From NCBI GenBank assembly GCA_026770705.1, contig JANJGN010000151.1, positions 1,054,001 through 1,118,000 of the forward strand: a DNA stretch of 64,000 nt. Direction: 5' to 3'. The notes beneath the pieces are model-generated. The model was given only the letters and a program-made list of their open reading frames with translations, searched no databases and had not been told where the DNA came from. Each line of letters starts with the position of its first letter. Positions within the stretch are counted from its first letter, which is position 1. Below, one piece after another: positions 36,061 to 50,428 of this stretch. The translations under genes and the position numbers were made by a program. Origin of the DNA: Isurus oxyrinchus (taxonomy: Eukaryota).

Positions 36061-37869
36061 TAATGCTTCATCCTTGAGTAACTGTGTACGATCAGGCACT
36101 GAGCTCATGCACTGAGGTGTACATCACTCAAGTCACAGTAAAGGTGCTCAGATTCCTATACCACGACTTTGTTTTATTTTAACTTGCTGTTTTTTTCTGT
36201 TAGCTGTGTGCTAATGTTTGCCTTTGTTTTCCATTGTTTCCTTTAGCGTCAGTCCCATCTTCCTTGTTAAAATCTGCAGGATTCTCCAATGTTCATGTTT
36301 CCTGGTGTTGCTGAGGAGTCTTCAGACTGTGTGTGCGTCCCAGAACTTCAGTCAGTGTTAGTCTCTCTTGTCCATTTGTATTACCCAGAGCAGTGATGAT
36401 CCCTTTCCCGCAGTTCACTGCACCATGTGCCATATGGGAGAATAACCATTACGAACCATTTACTTTCTGTGCCTTTATATTTATAAATACATTTCTGCAT
36501 CAATACCCTTCTGCTATTCTCGATTTGTACCACTAACTGTCCTCACCTCAGCATCATACACCTCTCTCTGTTAATATGTCTCTCTGCCACTCAATGTAAT
36601 CAATCTCACCTTCATTTATGTCCCTCTATTAGTGTTTCTGTGCATTATTACCATACCGAGTGTTATTTTTATCAAACTCCCTATGAATCGTCCATCGTTC
36701 TTAGTCTCAACTTTATATTCGGCATTGTGTAGGTGTCTGAAAGCATACAGACAGAAACAGGGCTAATCTGTAGACGAGGTACACATTCGCCTGTCACAGC
36801 TCAATGTTTCAAATCTTTAACTAGTGAGAGCAGACGGCACTGAAATTATTCACCATGGAGACCTCATTCGCTGATCTTCACAGGAAAATCTCTCTGGTCT
36901 TTAACCATGGAGGCCAGACAGGCATTGAGCCGATATACGACGGTGATGGTGGAGGCGGCGACGGAAGGAGGGGTTTTCATTCACCGTCACCGAACATTGT
37001 TCAGATTTTGAACACTCGGTATAAAGTGTGGGGCTGATGCACCGTGGAACAGGCGGCATCGCGTGCACAGGGACAATGTTCCTTTCAATCACAGCCATCG
37101 CACGATTCAATAATTTTAACCCGTTCTCCCCTTTTCTGCTTCCTGCCTGGATTTGTTAACTTGATTTATTTATATAATTTCTGTTTTTATTTATGCTTCT
37201 CTCTCTCCGTCTCCCTCTTCCGTTTACAATCCACAGGATCCCCCGCTGCCAGGCGGTGAGAAATTCTCCGTCTATTTACTGAATTCGCTGGACTTTCTTT
37301 ATATGAACAGCTGGGTTTGGGCGGCTGAAAGGAGTCGTGAGGTGCGGGGAGTCCCCTGGGGGTTCGGGGGTTGGGAGTGTCCCGTGGGGGGAGTTGGAGT
37401 CTGAGAGGTGGGGGACTCCCTGGGAGTTCGGGGGTGTGGAAGGAGACTCGTGGGCGTCAGGGTGGCTCTGTACAAAGTTACTCAGAAACTAGAAGTGGTT
37501 TTAATTCTAACTTTTTCTGGGCAACTCTTGATGTCGGACAGTCGGAACCATTCGCGGTTTGCAAGGTAAATTGTATTTTCTGTTTGTTCCCAGCACAGAG
37601 CAATTGCCCATGGGAAGTTTCCACTTCCCGGACAATTGCCGTGTAAACCTTGCCTGGGAACTCCAGGCGGGGTGTTCCCCGGCGCATCTTCGGTGTATCC
37701 CCCACTTACACGGCCTTGGAGCTCGGAGGCCATGGCCCAACAGAATGTTACGGTTGTCTTGCTCTTTTAAGGAAGCTCCTCCTGAATCTGAAACGAAGGC
37801 TGAATGTTTGTCCTTGTTTCCCGGTGTTCGAGCGCCCTCTGCTGAGCATTAACTGAGCCGCTCGTTCTG

Positions 37870-38494
37870 GCATTTTGACCGGGATCCGCCGAATCTCTGC
37901 CGCAGTGTGGGGTTTGTGCACAGAAATTCTCGGCTGCGCCGCAGTTCAGAGCCTCAGCTCCGTTATCTTGGTAGTTCTGTTAAGTGTAGAAGAGAATTGA
38001 CCAACAATGTCTGTCTTCTTGTTTTCATTCTCATCGATCAGATTATTCGGGAGCTGTGGATGTTGCCTGGGCTGCTGACTCTACCAGAACAAATAGTAAT
38101 GGCGCAAAAATAAAAATAGCTGGAAAAACTCAGCAGGTCTGACAGCATCTGCGGAGAGGAATACAGTTAACGTTTCGAGTCCGTATGACTCTTTGTATGG
38201 TTATGGAGGTATGTTTTCAAGATGCAGATCACGTGGTGTTACTGCCGTCTTCGGCATCATTTCAGCAACCGACCCGACCAGTGTGTGTGGATGGCTCCAT
38301 TCTAACATAAAGTAGTCGGGTAGATGTCATCATTATAAGGATCATCATCACCATCATTTCAAGTAGCTTCATCACCTTACAATTAATAACATATGGGTTA
38401 CAACAGTCAGGGGGAGAACGGATTTTTTATGGGAAGGAAATACTTACGAAGAAGTGATATAATGACGAGGACCGGGTGTGATGAAATTCCCCAT
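37870..38494 (-). pseudogene. TCR alpha/delta-type V pseudogene (frameshifted leader, V exon with stops, decayed 23-RSS)
   Basis: Leader-like exon 38494-38448 (MGNFITP/VLVIISLL, GTAAGT donor). YYLFW*SQQPRQHPQL...GQFSSTLNRTTK...AAENFCAQT. CACACTG at 37909-37903 with a weak nonamer. Penelope-repeat fragment inserted at about 38110-38195. Confidence 0.7.
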
Positions 38495-38678
38495 GATGCT
38501 CCCTGAGTCTGTAACTCTACAGTCCGCCAAATCCTCTGTCAGGGCAGAAGTGCAGATCCCCGGCGCACTGTACTGTCGATCCAACCAACGTCAAACCAGG
38601 AACAGTGGAAAACAACTTTCCATTTCAGAGGAAAGGCAAGGAAGGTCAGAGCGAAAGAAACGAACAGAACTATGGGGG

Positions 38679-40373
38679 ATAAAAACAAAAAAACTGCGGA
38701 TGCTGGAAATCCAAAACAAAAACAGAATTACCTGGAAAAACTCAGCAGGTCTGGCAGCATCGGCGGAGAAGAAAAGAGTTGACGTTTCGAGTCCTCATGA
38801 CCCTTCGACAGAACTTGAGTTCGAGTCCAAGAAAAAGTTGAAATATAAGCTGGTTTACGGTGTGTGTGTGGTGGGCGGACAGATAGAGAGAGAGAGAGGT
38901 TGGGGGGGGGGGGGGGTTGGGGGTTGGGGGGTTGGGGGTGTGGTTGTATGGACAAACAAGCAGTGATAGAAGCAGATCATCAAAAGATGTCAACGACAAT
39001 GGTAGAATAGAACACATAGGTGTTAAAGTTAAAGTTGGTGATATTATCTAAACGAATGTGCTAATTAAGAATGGATGGTAGGGCACTCAATGTATAGCTC
39101 TAGTGGGGGTGTTTTTTTTATATAATGGAAATAGATGGGAAAAGGAAAATCTTTATAATTTATTGGAAAAAAAAGGAAGGGGGAAACAGAAAGGGGGTGG
39201 GGATGGGGGAGGCAGCTCACGACCTAAAGTTGTTGAATTCAATATTCAGTCCGGAAGGCTGTAAGGTGCCTAGTCGGAAGATGAGGTGTTGTTCATCCAG
39301 TTTGCGTTGGGCTTCACTGGAACAATGCAGCAAGCCAAGGACAGACATGTGGGCAAGAGAGCAGGGTGGAGTGTTAAAATGGCAAGCGACAGGGAGGTTT
39401 GGATCATTCTTGTGGACAGACCGCAGGTGTTCTGCAAAGCGGTCGCCCAGTTTATGTTTGGTTTCTCCAATGTAGAGGAGACCACATTGGGAGCAACGAA
39501 TGCAGTAGACTAAGTTGGGGGAAATGCAAGTGAAATGCTGCTTCACTTGAAAGGAGTGTTTGGGCCCTTGGACGGTGAGGAGAGAGGAAGTGAAGGGGCA
39601 GGTGTTACATCTTTTGCGTGGGCATGGGGTGGTGCCATAGGTGGGGGTTGAGGAGTAGGGGGTGATGGAGGAGTGGAACAGGGTGTCCCGGAGGGAGCGA
39701 TCCCTACGGAATGCCGATAAGTGGGGTGAAGGGAAGATGTGTTTGGTGGTGGCATCATGCTGGAGTTGGCGGAAATGGCGGAGGATGATCCTTTGAATGC
39801 GGAGGCTGGTGGGGTGATACATGAGGACAAGGGGGACCCTATCATGTTTCTGGGAGGGAGGAGAAGGCGTGAGGGTGGATGCGCGGGAGATGGGTTGGAC
39901 ACGGTTGAGGGCCCTGTCAACGACCGTCGGTGGAAAACCTCGGTTAAGGAAGAAGGAGGACATGTCAGAGGAACCGTTTTTGAAGGTAGCATCATTGGAA
40001 CAGATGAGATGGAGGCGAAGGAACTGGGAGAATGGGATGGAGTCCTTACAGGAAGCGGGGTGTGAGAGGCTGTAGTCGAGGTAGCTGTGGGAGTCGGTGG
40101 GTTTGTAATGGATATTGGTGGACAGTCTATCACCAGAGATTGAGACAGAGAGGTCAAGGAAGGGAAGGGAAGTGTCAGAGATGGACCACGTGAAAATGAT
40201 GGAGGGGTGGAGATTGGAAGCAAAATTAATAAAGTTTTCCAAGTCCCGACGAGAGCATGAAGTGGCACCGAAGTAATCATCGATGTACCGGAGAAAAAGT
40301 TGTGGAAGGGGGCCGGAGTAGGACTGCAACAAGGAATGTTCCACATACCCCATAAAAAGACAGGCATAGCTGG
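38679..40373 (-). mobile_element. Penelope-like retroelement, 5'-truncated (RT C-terminus + GIY-YIG + terminal repeat)
   Basis: ORF 39217-40401 is nearly identical to 28695-29876. Confidence 0.95.
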
Positions 40374-40867
40374 GGGAGGCGGCCGCGGGCACTGTTGTCA
40401 CTCGTAAAATCTAACGATAATGAGCTGAATTCAAAACTAACACGCTCAACAGAAATTATATAATTCTGCCTGTCTGTAAGGACTGCGTTACGTTCATAGT
40501 CATTTCGAATCTGGGGAAAACAGTCTGGCGACAGGAATTAGGGAATTGTTGTATTATTCCGTAATGACAGATACCTTCATAGTTGAAATCAATTAAAACA
40601 AGGGGCTGAATCTGTCGTGGGGAGCAGAACAACTGGGCATCCCATCCCAATGTACTGGAGCTGGGCTGTTGATTAACACTGAAATAAAACTTCCCAATTA
40701 TGGGTCTCTAAGGAAACGTCACACTGATGGGCATAAATACGAGATGAAACGCCATTTTGCCTCAAGTATTTTTAAGAAAGTTTGTCAGGAGGTGGGAATC
40801 CACGGCTTTATGCGCCACCTGGTGGCCGAACCTAATGAATCTTATTTTCACTGATCTCACAAAACAC

Positions 40868-41197
40868 GGGAACGGTGTGAGTTGCCCCGAGGCCTTTCTC
40901 AATGAGGGTCTCAGCACACAGTAATACATGGGGTTGTCAGCGACATGAAGCACAAACAAGGTGAAAGCAGCTATATTCCTGGCTATTTTTCGAATGACTG
41001 AAAAGCGACATTTAATGTTTTTTCCACAAGAATGTGCCCGAATTACGAAAGCTGGAGCCGGGTTCTGGTTTTGACGATGAAGCAGCAAAAAATAATTTAC
41101 ATCGTAAGTTGAATAGATGCAACTGATGCTCATCGAGATGCCTCCAGTTATTGGGCTTCTGTTGACCACTATCCGACTGAACATCCAGAACTGACTC
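40868..41197 (-). pseudogene. TCR alpha/delta-type V pseudogene
   Basis: Acceptor tttctgcag|GAGTC with an early stop in the spliced frame. Shifted frame MSISCIYSTYDVNYFLLLHRQ...RFSV...ADNPMYYCVLR; conserved Trp lost; heptamer decayed to CTCATTG (40906-40900). Confidence 0.7.
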
Positions 41198-41264
41198 CTG
41201 CAGAAATTATTACATGGTTAACCATGGAAACATAATGAACAACAGATAACGAATAGATGAATTA

Positions 41265-41457
41265 NNNNNNNNNNNNNNNNNNNNNNNNNNNNNNNNNNNN
41301 NNNNNNNNNNNNNNNNNNNNNNNNNNNNNNNNNNNNNNNNNNNNNNNNNNNNNNNNNNNNNNNNNNNNNNNNNNNNNNNNNNNNNNNNNNNNNNNNNNNN
41401 NNNNNNNNNNNNNNNNNNNNNNNNNNNNNNNNNNNNNNNNNNNNNNNNNNNNNNNNN
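41265..41457. other. Assembly gap (N run) next to a GATG-type simple repeat
   Basis: 193 N bases. Confidence 0.99.
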
Positions 41458-44400
41458 GGATGGAGTGATGGACAGATGGAGGGCTGGACAGATGGACAGA
41501 TCGGGATTGGAGAGATGGATAGATGGGCGGATGTAAAAACAGAAAATGCTGGAAAAGCTGAGCAGGTCTGACAGCATTTGTGGAGAGAGAACGAGTGTTA
41601 ATGGTTTAGAGTCCGTATGACTCTTCTTCAGATGGATGAATGGATCGGTGGAGTGTGGGTGGATGTGCCTGACATTTTCACCTTTACGATTGACTGCTCC
41701 ATAACTTACAGCAGGTCCTTTATTCCATTTGCGTCTGTCTGGTGCTTTCAGTCCTTCACGGATTTCTGAATCATTCCCATTCCTTGGCTGTTGACAGCTG
41801 ACGAGCTGAACGTCACCAAGTGCAACCTGGAGATATCCCTGCCTGATCAGTGCCTGATGATCCTTTTCTGGTGATGCTGAATCTTCATCTTAAAGTTAGA
41901 AAGCTGTTTCATGACTCTGATAAGAAACGGGGATTATAACATGTGCAACATGTGGCCTTTTCACGTCTAACAAAGCACTCAGCATAACCTCAACCAAATT
42001 ACTTCAATCTCAGCAGAAACAAACCAGATGGTTGAATACATACATTCTTGCTGCTCTGTGATTCTGGTGCAGTCACACTATTCTGAACACCACGGGTAAA
42101 ACGTGCATGAACTGTGACTTTCTTTACGGCAAAATATTGATTGTAAACCGATTGTCACAATGAAATATATCCGATGGGTATTACAGATTGTTGTCGCAAA
42201 TTCAAAAGCCCTTAACCCCTTTAACCACACTCCCGAGATGCTTCCCATTCAGTACATTCGTGCAGAGAATCAATTCTTCACGAGTTGGATGGGTGAGGTC
42301 AGTACTCCAATGAGATGTGCTCAGGATCGCCGCAATGGAGATTCTGGTTAGATCTGACATGGTGCATGAACAGGACAGAACTGAGTCGGTGAATTGGCTG
42401 AAGTGATTTGAATCACAGTTTTGAACATGAATACAGAGTCAGTGCTCTATGGGACGATATGAATCCAATCTCATGTTTATCATATTGTTGCAGTTGCATT
42501 GTGAGACGTTTTAGGATCGGAGAGAAACGGCGTTGTGATATGAAACTTCCAACGAGGAATCAATGTGGGAATATTCAGTAATTACCTTTCCACACAAATT
42601 TCTGCTCTGAATTTATACCTTGAAACCCGTTGCAAATGTTCGAAACTACGGCAAAATGAAGTATTAATATTGTTATTAATATGGTCATTAATATCATATT
42701 GGGGAAATCTTTTTAGGTAAACAGCACAGAGTTCCTTAATACACATTGATCCTCCCTTAATTGCAGAAAAGGATCTCTACCTTTAACGTGGATAACTACC
42801 TGCTCTGTACACATTGTCATTCATGTTCAATGTCCCACTATCAGGAGTAACTGTCGCTGTACCAACTAACAGAAACAGTGACAGACAAATGGAGAGATAG
42901 TTCCAGATCCATGTGTTATGGCGTAGCAGATGATATGTGGCCTGGTGGACCAAATCTACAGGGAAACATGGTCACACCATCACAAAGGTTCTCAATTTCT
43001 AATTATTATGAGAAGATGAGTGAACTGCCTTCAGAGGTAACGAGTCCACTAAGACTTTTGGAGATTTTCAAAATTAAATTAAAATATACATTGACAAAAT
43101 AAAAGATTTCAAAAACATACATAATTCTGAAGCAAATTCTAAAATTCTCAATTAACCTGACTCTCAGTCACACACCTCTTGAAGGCAGCAGTCCAAAATC
43201 ATAGAATCACAGAATCTCAGAATCACACAGTGCAGAAGAGGGCCTTCAGCTCATCGAGTCTGCACCAACACATGAGAAACACCTGAGCTACCTACCTAAT
43301 CCCATTTACCAGCACTTGGCCCATAGCCTTTAATGTTATGACGTGCCAAGTACTCATTCAAGTACTTTTTAAAGGACGTGAGGTAACCCGCCTCCACCAC
43401 CCTCCCAGGTACTGTGACTGTAGATTTCAAAGAAAATCAGCAAGTTAACCCAGTAATTACTTGGCAGTGGAATTGTAAATGGTTTGCTCCAACTTCAGTT
43501 ACTGGACAGAGCCGGTTTATGCACAAAAGGCTGGAGGCTTCTTGAAGGCTATTTCACACACTCCATCTGACATGGCCCTTGCCTCACATAGCCTTTCATT
43601 CTCCTTTATGTATTTTTATCTCTCTTTAATATGTAAATTCTACTGTTCCATATGACTTTGGAGCGGTACCTTTCTCATAATAAAGAACAATTCATGTTCC
43701 AATATTATCAGTAACCTTTGGAAAAAATAAACACACTCCTTAGCCTTGCTTAGCTGGCTACTTGTGAACTTAAAATCCATACAATCCTTTCATTTATGTA
43801 AAAAGGCAAACTCCCTTCCTTCCTTGCATTCTAAGCCAGCACCCATGTTTATACATTAGCATTTCAAACACATTTCTACACCTAGCTTCTTTTGATAATT
43901 CCAAGTTTGCAGTCTATCTGACTCCAAATGTATTTAAATCACATAAACAGAACCAAGTTTACTCACTCCCATAAACCTACTTTCCCATAATCCAGAAAAA
44001 TATTATGAAATTATTATACTTTCGTCATAATAGGTGTTCCCAGGCTGTCATATTGCAAAACAATCTATATTTCTTGGTATTTTTGCCATTGATTATGTTA
44101 AATAAACTTCAGCTGTGCCTCAATCCATTAATGGTTTAATCTATTGATAGTTCCAAACCTTCAACTTCCCCATACAAGCGATGGCTTGCAACTGAATGAT
44201 GTTTCTCACTGTATCAAGAATCCTCCACACTTTCACCACTCCTAATCGATTGGTGAAATCTATTAATGATCTCCAATTCTGTAACGATTCAAGGCTCAAT
44301 GAATATTCTTTTGTTTAAGGAAATGAGCTAGTTGGTCCACAAATCATTTGAATTACTGTTAAGTTCTGGTTAACCAACAAACTGGTTGGATCTTACAGTA

Positions 44401-44617
44401 CAACTCACACAGTGAAGTAGCTGTACTGTTGTCAGATTCAAGATCACACCCACAGTCAGTGCCTGTCCTACCAGCGGAACTCTACGATAGGGTTTGTGGT
44501 ACCACTGGGGCCAGGTCCAATCTGATTTAACTACGTACCCATGTATAAAGTTGAGCCATTGGATGCCTGGATTTCTATTTATTTATGTCATATTCATTCA
44601 CAAGGGACTTTGGTTGT

Positions 44618-44936
44618 CAGCTGTGGCTCAGTTGGCAGCACTTTCCCCTCTGACATTAAACTGGGGGCCGTCTGCCCTCTCAGGTCGATGTGAAAGATTC
44701 CATGGTACTATTCCATCTGGGTTATCCCCGGTGCCTTAGCATTTATCAGTTAATAAATGTTTTAAAATACGCAAAGGCGCAGATTACCTGGTCATTATCA
44801 TATTGCGGTTTGTGGGAACTTGCTGTGCTCAAACAGGCTGCGGTGTTTCCTACATTACAACTGTGAACATACATCCTAAGTGCATTTTTGGTTGTAAAAC
44901 ACTCGGAGACTTCCGGTGATCGTGAAAAGTGCTATA
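44618..44936 (+). mobile_element. tRNA-derived SINE with a Deu-like central domain
   Basis: A-box-like gctgtggctcagttggcagc; central attgcggtttgtgggaacttgctgtgc resembles the DeuSINE core as recalled (not searched). Confidence 0.6.
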
Positions 44937-45816
44937 ATATATATATTCTTTTCTTTTTTTCCTTTTCCATTTTATGAAGTATAAGTGCAAAATGAAAAGT
45001 GTTGCATTAAGCCTATTATTCATAGACTTCTAGAATGAACCCACGCTCCCGGCTGGGAAGGAGGTCATTCAGCTCCTCAGGATTGTACCAGCAAATAAAA
45101 AAAAAACTATCGAATTTGCCTCATACACTCTCACCACACCCACTACCCATCCCGCAGTCGCCTCCCCGCCCCCACCAACACCCACCCCCCCACCTACACC
45201 CCCCCACCTACACCCATGCTGTTTCCCCATAGCCCAGCAATTTATGCCCATTGGAGATCATGTCTTCGTTGATAATGGATCAGATTCTGTCCAGTTGTCC
45301 CACTTATATTGCTCTGGACCATGGGGCCTTTTATATTATGTAAATCTGTTTTTTAACTATTATTTCACTACATCATACCCGAGGGTTTGGAAGACATTGG
45401 AGCGGAAATGATGAATGTAATGGGGTAAGAAGGAATAACGTGACAACAGAAATAGTGTGAAACTTGCTGGAGAGCAGCAAGTGTTTCATTCCTTTCCAAG
45501 CAAGGGAAATAATAAATCGGGGTTTTAAAACTGAGTAAATTTATGTCAGATATAGGTATTATCATTTGCACAACGTATCACACCCTCAACGTTTATGTCA
45601 GGAGTTTCTATTTAATGCTGAGCGAAGCACTTAACACAAATGCAAAGACTGGTGGGTATATGCTCACCATTCTTGGAATAATTTAGTCCATTTTCCAACA
45701 GAATTATAGAACAGAGGTATTCGTTGTTAAGGGAATGCGCAATGTCTTCTCAATCAATGCTAACGATGTTAAACGAACAGCGAATACATTTTCAATAAAA
45801 TAAAATCTGGAACATA

Positions 45817-47202
45817 ATAGGTAATAATGGTTATTTATCGTTGTGGACTTCACTTGTCAGTAAAGCTGAAGCATGCAATCACACACACACATTTCATCTT
45901 AAGATCCCATCTTTCCTACTTTGGAGGTTCTGTCGCACCTGCAGAATCGGAGAAAATCACGACCACCACATTTCAGGTGGTTCCATGAAGAAAAAAATCT
46001 CTCCCCACTTCACACCGGTTGAGTTGGTCATTAAAGCTCCCATCATTCCCACAATGAGCTCCTTAGTCCACATTCTTCGGTTAATCTGCCACAGTTGCAC
46101 CATAAGTATTAGGAGTTCGCTCAGGAGGTAATGAGCTGATACTTCAGTAGAAGTGGTTTCTTGATACGTTAAGCCAGCATGGATCTGTTAAGGGAAAATC
46201 ATGTTTAACTAACTTGCTTGAGTTTTGTGATGATATAGCAGCGATGGTTGATGAGGGTAATGCTTTTGACGTGGTTTACATGGTCTCTGAAAGGCATTTG
46301 ATGAAGTGCCGCATAACAGACTTGTGAGCAAAATTGGACCTCACTGGAATAAAATGGACGGTAACATCCATTGGGATTGGGAACTGGCTGCGTGCCAGGA
46401 AACAAAGAGTAGTTTTGAACATTTGTTTTTCGGTCTGGGGGAAGGGTTTTAATGAAGTTCCCCAAGGGTCAGTGATACAACGCCTACTTTTCATAATATT
46501 TATTCATAAACTGGGCCTTGGTGTACAGGGCACAATGTCAAAATATGCGGACGATGCGAAATGTGGAAGCATTGCGGGCCATGAGGAGGATAGTGTAGAA
46601 CTTCAAAAAGACATCGAGAGGTTGGTGGAAAGGGCGGACAAATGACAGATGAAATTTTGGTGTGAAGAACGCAGATAGACAGTATAAAGGAAAGGGTGTG
46701 ATTCCAAAGGGGCTGCAGGAGCCGAGCGACCTTTCAGAGACCATGTAAACCATGCCAAAAGCATTACCCTCATACCATCGCTGCTATGTCAACAAAAAAC
46801 TCAAGCAAGTTAGTTAAACATGATTTTCTCTTAACAGATCCATGCTGGCTTAACGTATCAAGAAACCACTTCTACTGAAGTATCGGCTCATTACCTCCTG
46901 TGAGAACTCCTAATACTTATGGTGCAACTGTAGCAGATTAACCGAAGAATGTGGACTAAGGCGCACATTTTGGGAATGATGGGAGCTTTAATGACCAACT
47001 CAACCGGTGTGAAGTGGGGAGAGATTTTTTCTTCATGGAACCACCTGAAATGTGGTGGTGGTGATTTTCTCCGATTCTGCAGGTGTGACAGAGCCTCCGA
47101 AGTAGGAAAGATGGGATCTTAAGATGAAATGTGTGTGTGAGTGCACACATCAGCTTTACTGACAAGTGAAGTCCACAACGATAAATAACCATTGTTACCT
47201 AT
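45817..47202. repeat. Long inverted repeat (arms 45817-46294 and 46730-47202, spacer about 435 bp)
   Basis: Arms are reverse complements with scattered mismatches; the ORF track shows near-identical peptides on opposite strands (45841 +, 46956 -). Confidence 0.93.
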
Positions 47203-47890
47203 GGGTATAAATTATTGAAGGTGGCAGGACAAGTTGAAAGAGCACGATTAATAAAGTATGCAACATCCTGCGCTTTATTAATAGAGGAAAAGTGTTTAAA
47301 AGCAAACTAGTTATGTTAAACCGGTGTGGCACACTGGTTAGGCCTCAACTGGAGAATTGCATCCAATTGCAGGCACTGCACTTTTGGAAGAATTTGAAGG
47401 CATGAGAGAGGGCACAGGAAAGGTTCATGGAAACTATTTCAGGGATGAAGAACTCCAGTTATGTATAAAGAGTGGAACAGTTGGCTTTAATCTCGTTTGA
47501 GGAGAGTAAGTTCAGAGGAGATTTGATACAGGTATTAAATATCATGAAGGGCCTGGGCAGAATAGATAGTGTGAAATTGTTTCCATTGGTGGAAGGATTG
47601 AGAACCAGATGGCTCAGATTTAAAGTAATCTGGAGAAGAAGCAATAGAGACAAGAGGAAAAACATTTCTCGCAGTGAGTGGTTAGGATCTGGAATGCACT
47701 GCCTGACAGTGTGGTGGATTGAGGGACAATTGATGATTTCAAAACGAAATTGGATCCTTATCTGAAAAGAAAAAAAGATGCTGGACTACAGGGAAAGCTG
47801 TAGCCCAAGGTCAATTACTCCTTCAGAGGGTTACCACGGACAGGAGTAGCCGAATGGCATCCCCCTGCGCTGTAAGAATTCTATGATTCT
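46165..47890 (+). mobile_element. Decayed CR1 LINE interrupted by the second arm of the inverted repeat
   Basis: EVPQGSVIQRLLFIIFIH...SKYADDAK before 46730; CR1 sequence resumes after 47202. Confidence 0.8.
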
Positions 47891-47999
47891 ATCATTAATG
47901 TCGGAAGCAGCAACTAAAATCGACATTTTCACAACATCTGCAATAGAAGTATCCGTCCAGTAGATGGCAGTGAAACAGTGAATACTGACATCATATGAA

Positions 48000-49810
48000 A
48001 CGAGCACTGTCTCAATCATTTCTGCACCAAACCCTGTCCCTGTTCATATTAAACTTGACCTTTGACTGTATGTATTACACTCAGTGATGTCTCTGATCAT
48101 ATTATAACAGGCTGTGTCACAGTTGTTTCTACAATAGCTCAATCTCAGTCAATATACAGGGCAAAGACCATATTACACTATACATTCTCTCAGTTATCAC
48201 ATCACTAAACCATGTCTTGGCTAATATGACAATAGTCCATGTCTCAGTTGTTACTGCACTGGTACTTGTCTCTACTTATACGAAACCAGATCATGTTCCT
48301 GTTTACATGTCACGAAGCTCTGTCTCAGTTATTGCACTACTAGACTCTGCCACGTTAATACTAAACTAGGGGATGCCTTGGCAAACACTGCACCAATCTA
48401 TGTCTTTGTTTATATCACACGATGCCCTGTCACTGTTATTATTGTATAATACCATGCCTCTATCTTATTGCTGCACTTGCCCACATCTCTGTTTATATTA
48501 ATCTAGGCCCTGTGTTGGTAGTTATTGCACGAAGTTCTGTCTCATTTTATATTAGACAACGTCCTGTATCAGATGAAACTGCAGTAGACCCAGTGTCAGT
48601 TTCCTTTCACTAGATCCTGCCTCAGTTATTACTGAACTAGACCATGTTGGTGTTCATATTACACAAGACACTGTCTCAATTATTATTGCACTCAGCACTG
48701 CCTCACTTTTTACTCCACTATATCATGCCTCTGTTTATATTACACTAGATCACTTTTTTGCTTATATTCTGTTAGACCCTATCTCAGTTTATATAACACT
48801 CGACCCTGTCTCAGTTTATATCACATTAGACCCCGTCTCAGATAATATTATACTGGAGCCCGTCTCGGTTTATATTATACTAGAGCATGTCTTTGTTTAC
48901 ATTACAATAGACCCTGTCTCAGTTTATATTACACTAGACCCTGTCTCAGTTTATATTACATTAGATCCCGCCCCAGTCTATATCACACTAGACCCTGTTT
49001 CAGTTTATATTACACTAGACCCTATCTCAGTTTATATTACACTAGACCCTGTCTCAGGTTACATTACACTAGACCCTGTCTCAGTTTATATTACACGAGG
49101 CCCTGGCTCCGTTTATATGACACTAGGCATTGCTTCTGTTTATATTATAATAGGCTCTGTCAATGTTATTTCTGTGTAGACCATGTCTCTGTTTATACTA
49201 CACAAGGCCGAGTCTGTTATTACTGCACTAAACCCTGGCTCAATAATTGCTGATACTAGCCCCAGCCTTCGTTTGTATTACTGTAGATGCTGTGTCAATA
49301 ATTGGTGCACTCGGGCCTGTCTCAGCATTACTGCACCAGACCCTGACTTTTTTTATATTGAAATGGATTACGCCTATGGTAATATTACACCAGTTCCTGC
49401 CTCGGTTATTTCAGTGCTTGGCCTCGTCTCAGCTGGCCCTGAATTCGGCTGTGGCTCTGTATTACGTGTGGAAAACCCTCAGTTATTTCTGCTCTCGGCC
49501 CTGTGTCTGTATATACAACGTGAAACCCTGTCTTAGTTTCTGCTGCACTAATCCATACATCTCCTTTTATTACACTCGCCCTGTCCCTGTTCTTATTCCA
49601 CTAGATCATGTTTTTGTATGTCTTACACTGTAGGCAATCTGAGTTATTAGTGCACCAGACCCTGTCTAGGGTGTTATTAATCCATGTGTCGGATCAATCA
49701 TTACTGTTCTAGCCCCGAGACAGGATTAATATCAATTGACCCAGTGCTTAGTGCGCTAACCCTGCCTCAGTTATTTCTACGCTTGGCCATGTCTCTGTGA
49801 TTATTGCAGT
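48000..49810. repeat. 27-bp minisatellite, homogeneous core at about 48730-49140
   Basis: Repeated cactagaccctgtctcagtttatatta. Confidence 0.92.
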
Positions 49811-50277
49811 GGTCAATGTCTCCAGCTGTGAGTTGGAGAGATAATATTATACACAAAGATGTTGAGGTGGGAATTGTTCCCTGGCGTTGGCCTAAAACGG
49901 GCGGTATTGGATGGCCCGTTCTTTGCAGTACCTGATTGTTATTTTCATTTAGTTTTAGTCAAAGAAATTATAGATCAGATACGGTCAGTTATGTGTGCCG
50001 TATAGAAAAAAAAATCACGCCTCTTGCTTATACCGCCATTTCTCAAAGATAAATGATGACCTTTACCCGAGTGTTTCAGTATTTAATTTTCTTTTACTCA
50101 AACTGTCACTGCGGATCATTTAGTGCTGTAAACATTTATTAATAGTATGTTTCGTTGTGTACTTTTGCTTAGAAAGTGATGTCATACTGACACTTTCGTC
50201 ACTAAGACGAGCATGTTTATCGCCAAACTCATTTGGTGTCTCCTCTCTCCGTCTGAGGCAGCGTCTAACTCATCGAA

Positions 50278-50428
50278 TCTCTTCTCTCTCTCTCTCTCTC
50301 TCTCTCAACCTTTCTTTCTCTCTCTCTCTCGCTGTCTCTTCACCCACCATCAAACTCCCGCCTTCCACCCCCCCACCCCCCAACCCCCAGCCCCCTTCTC
50401 CCCCGCACTCTCTCTCTCTCTCTCTCTG
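50278..50428. repeat. (CT)n / C-rich simple repeat
   Basis: Direct inspection. Confidence 0.9.
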
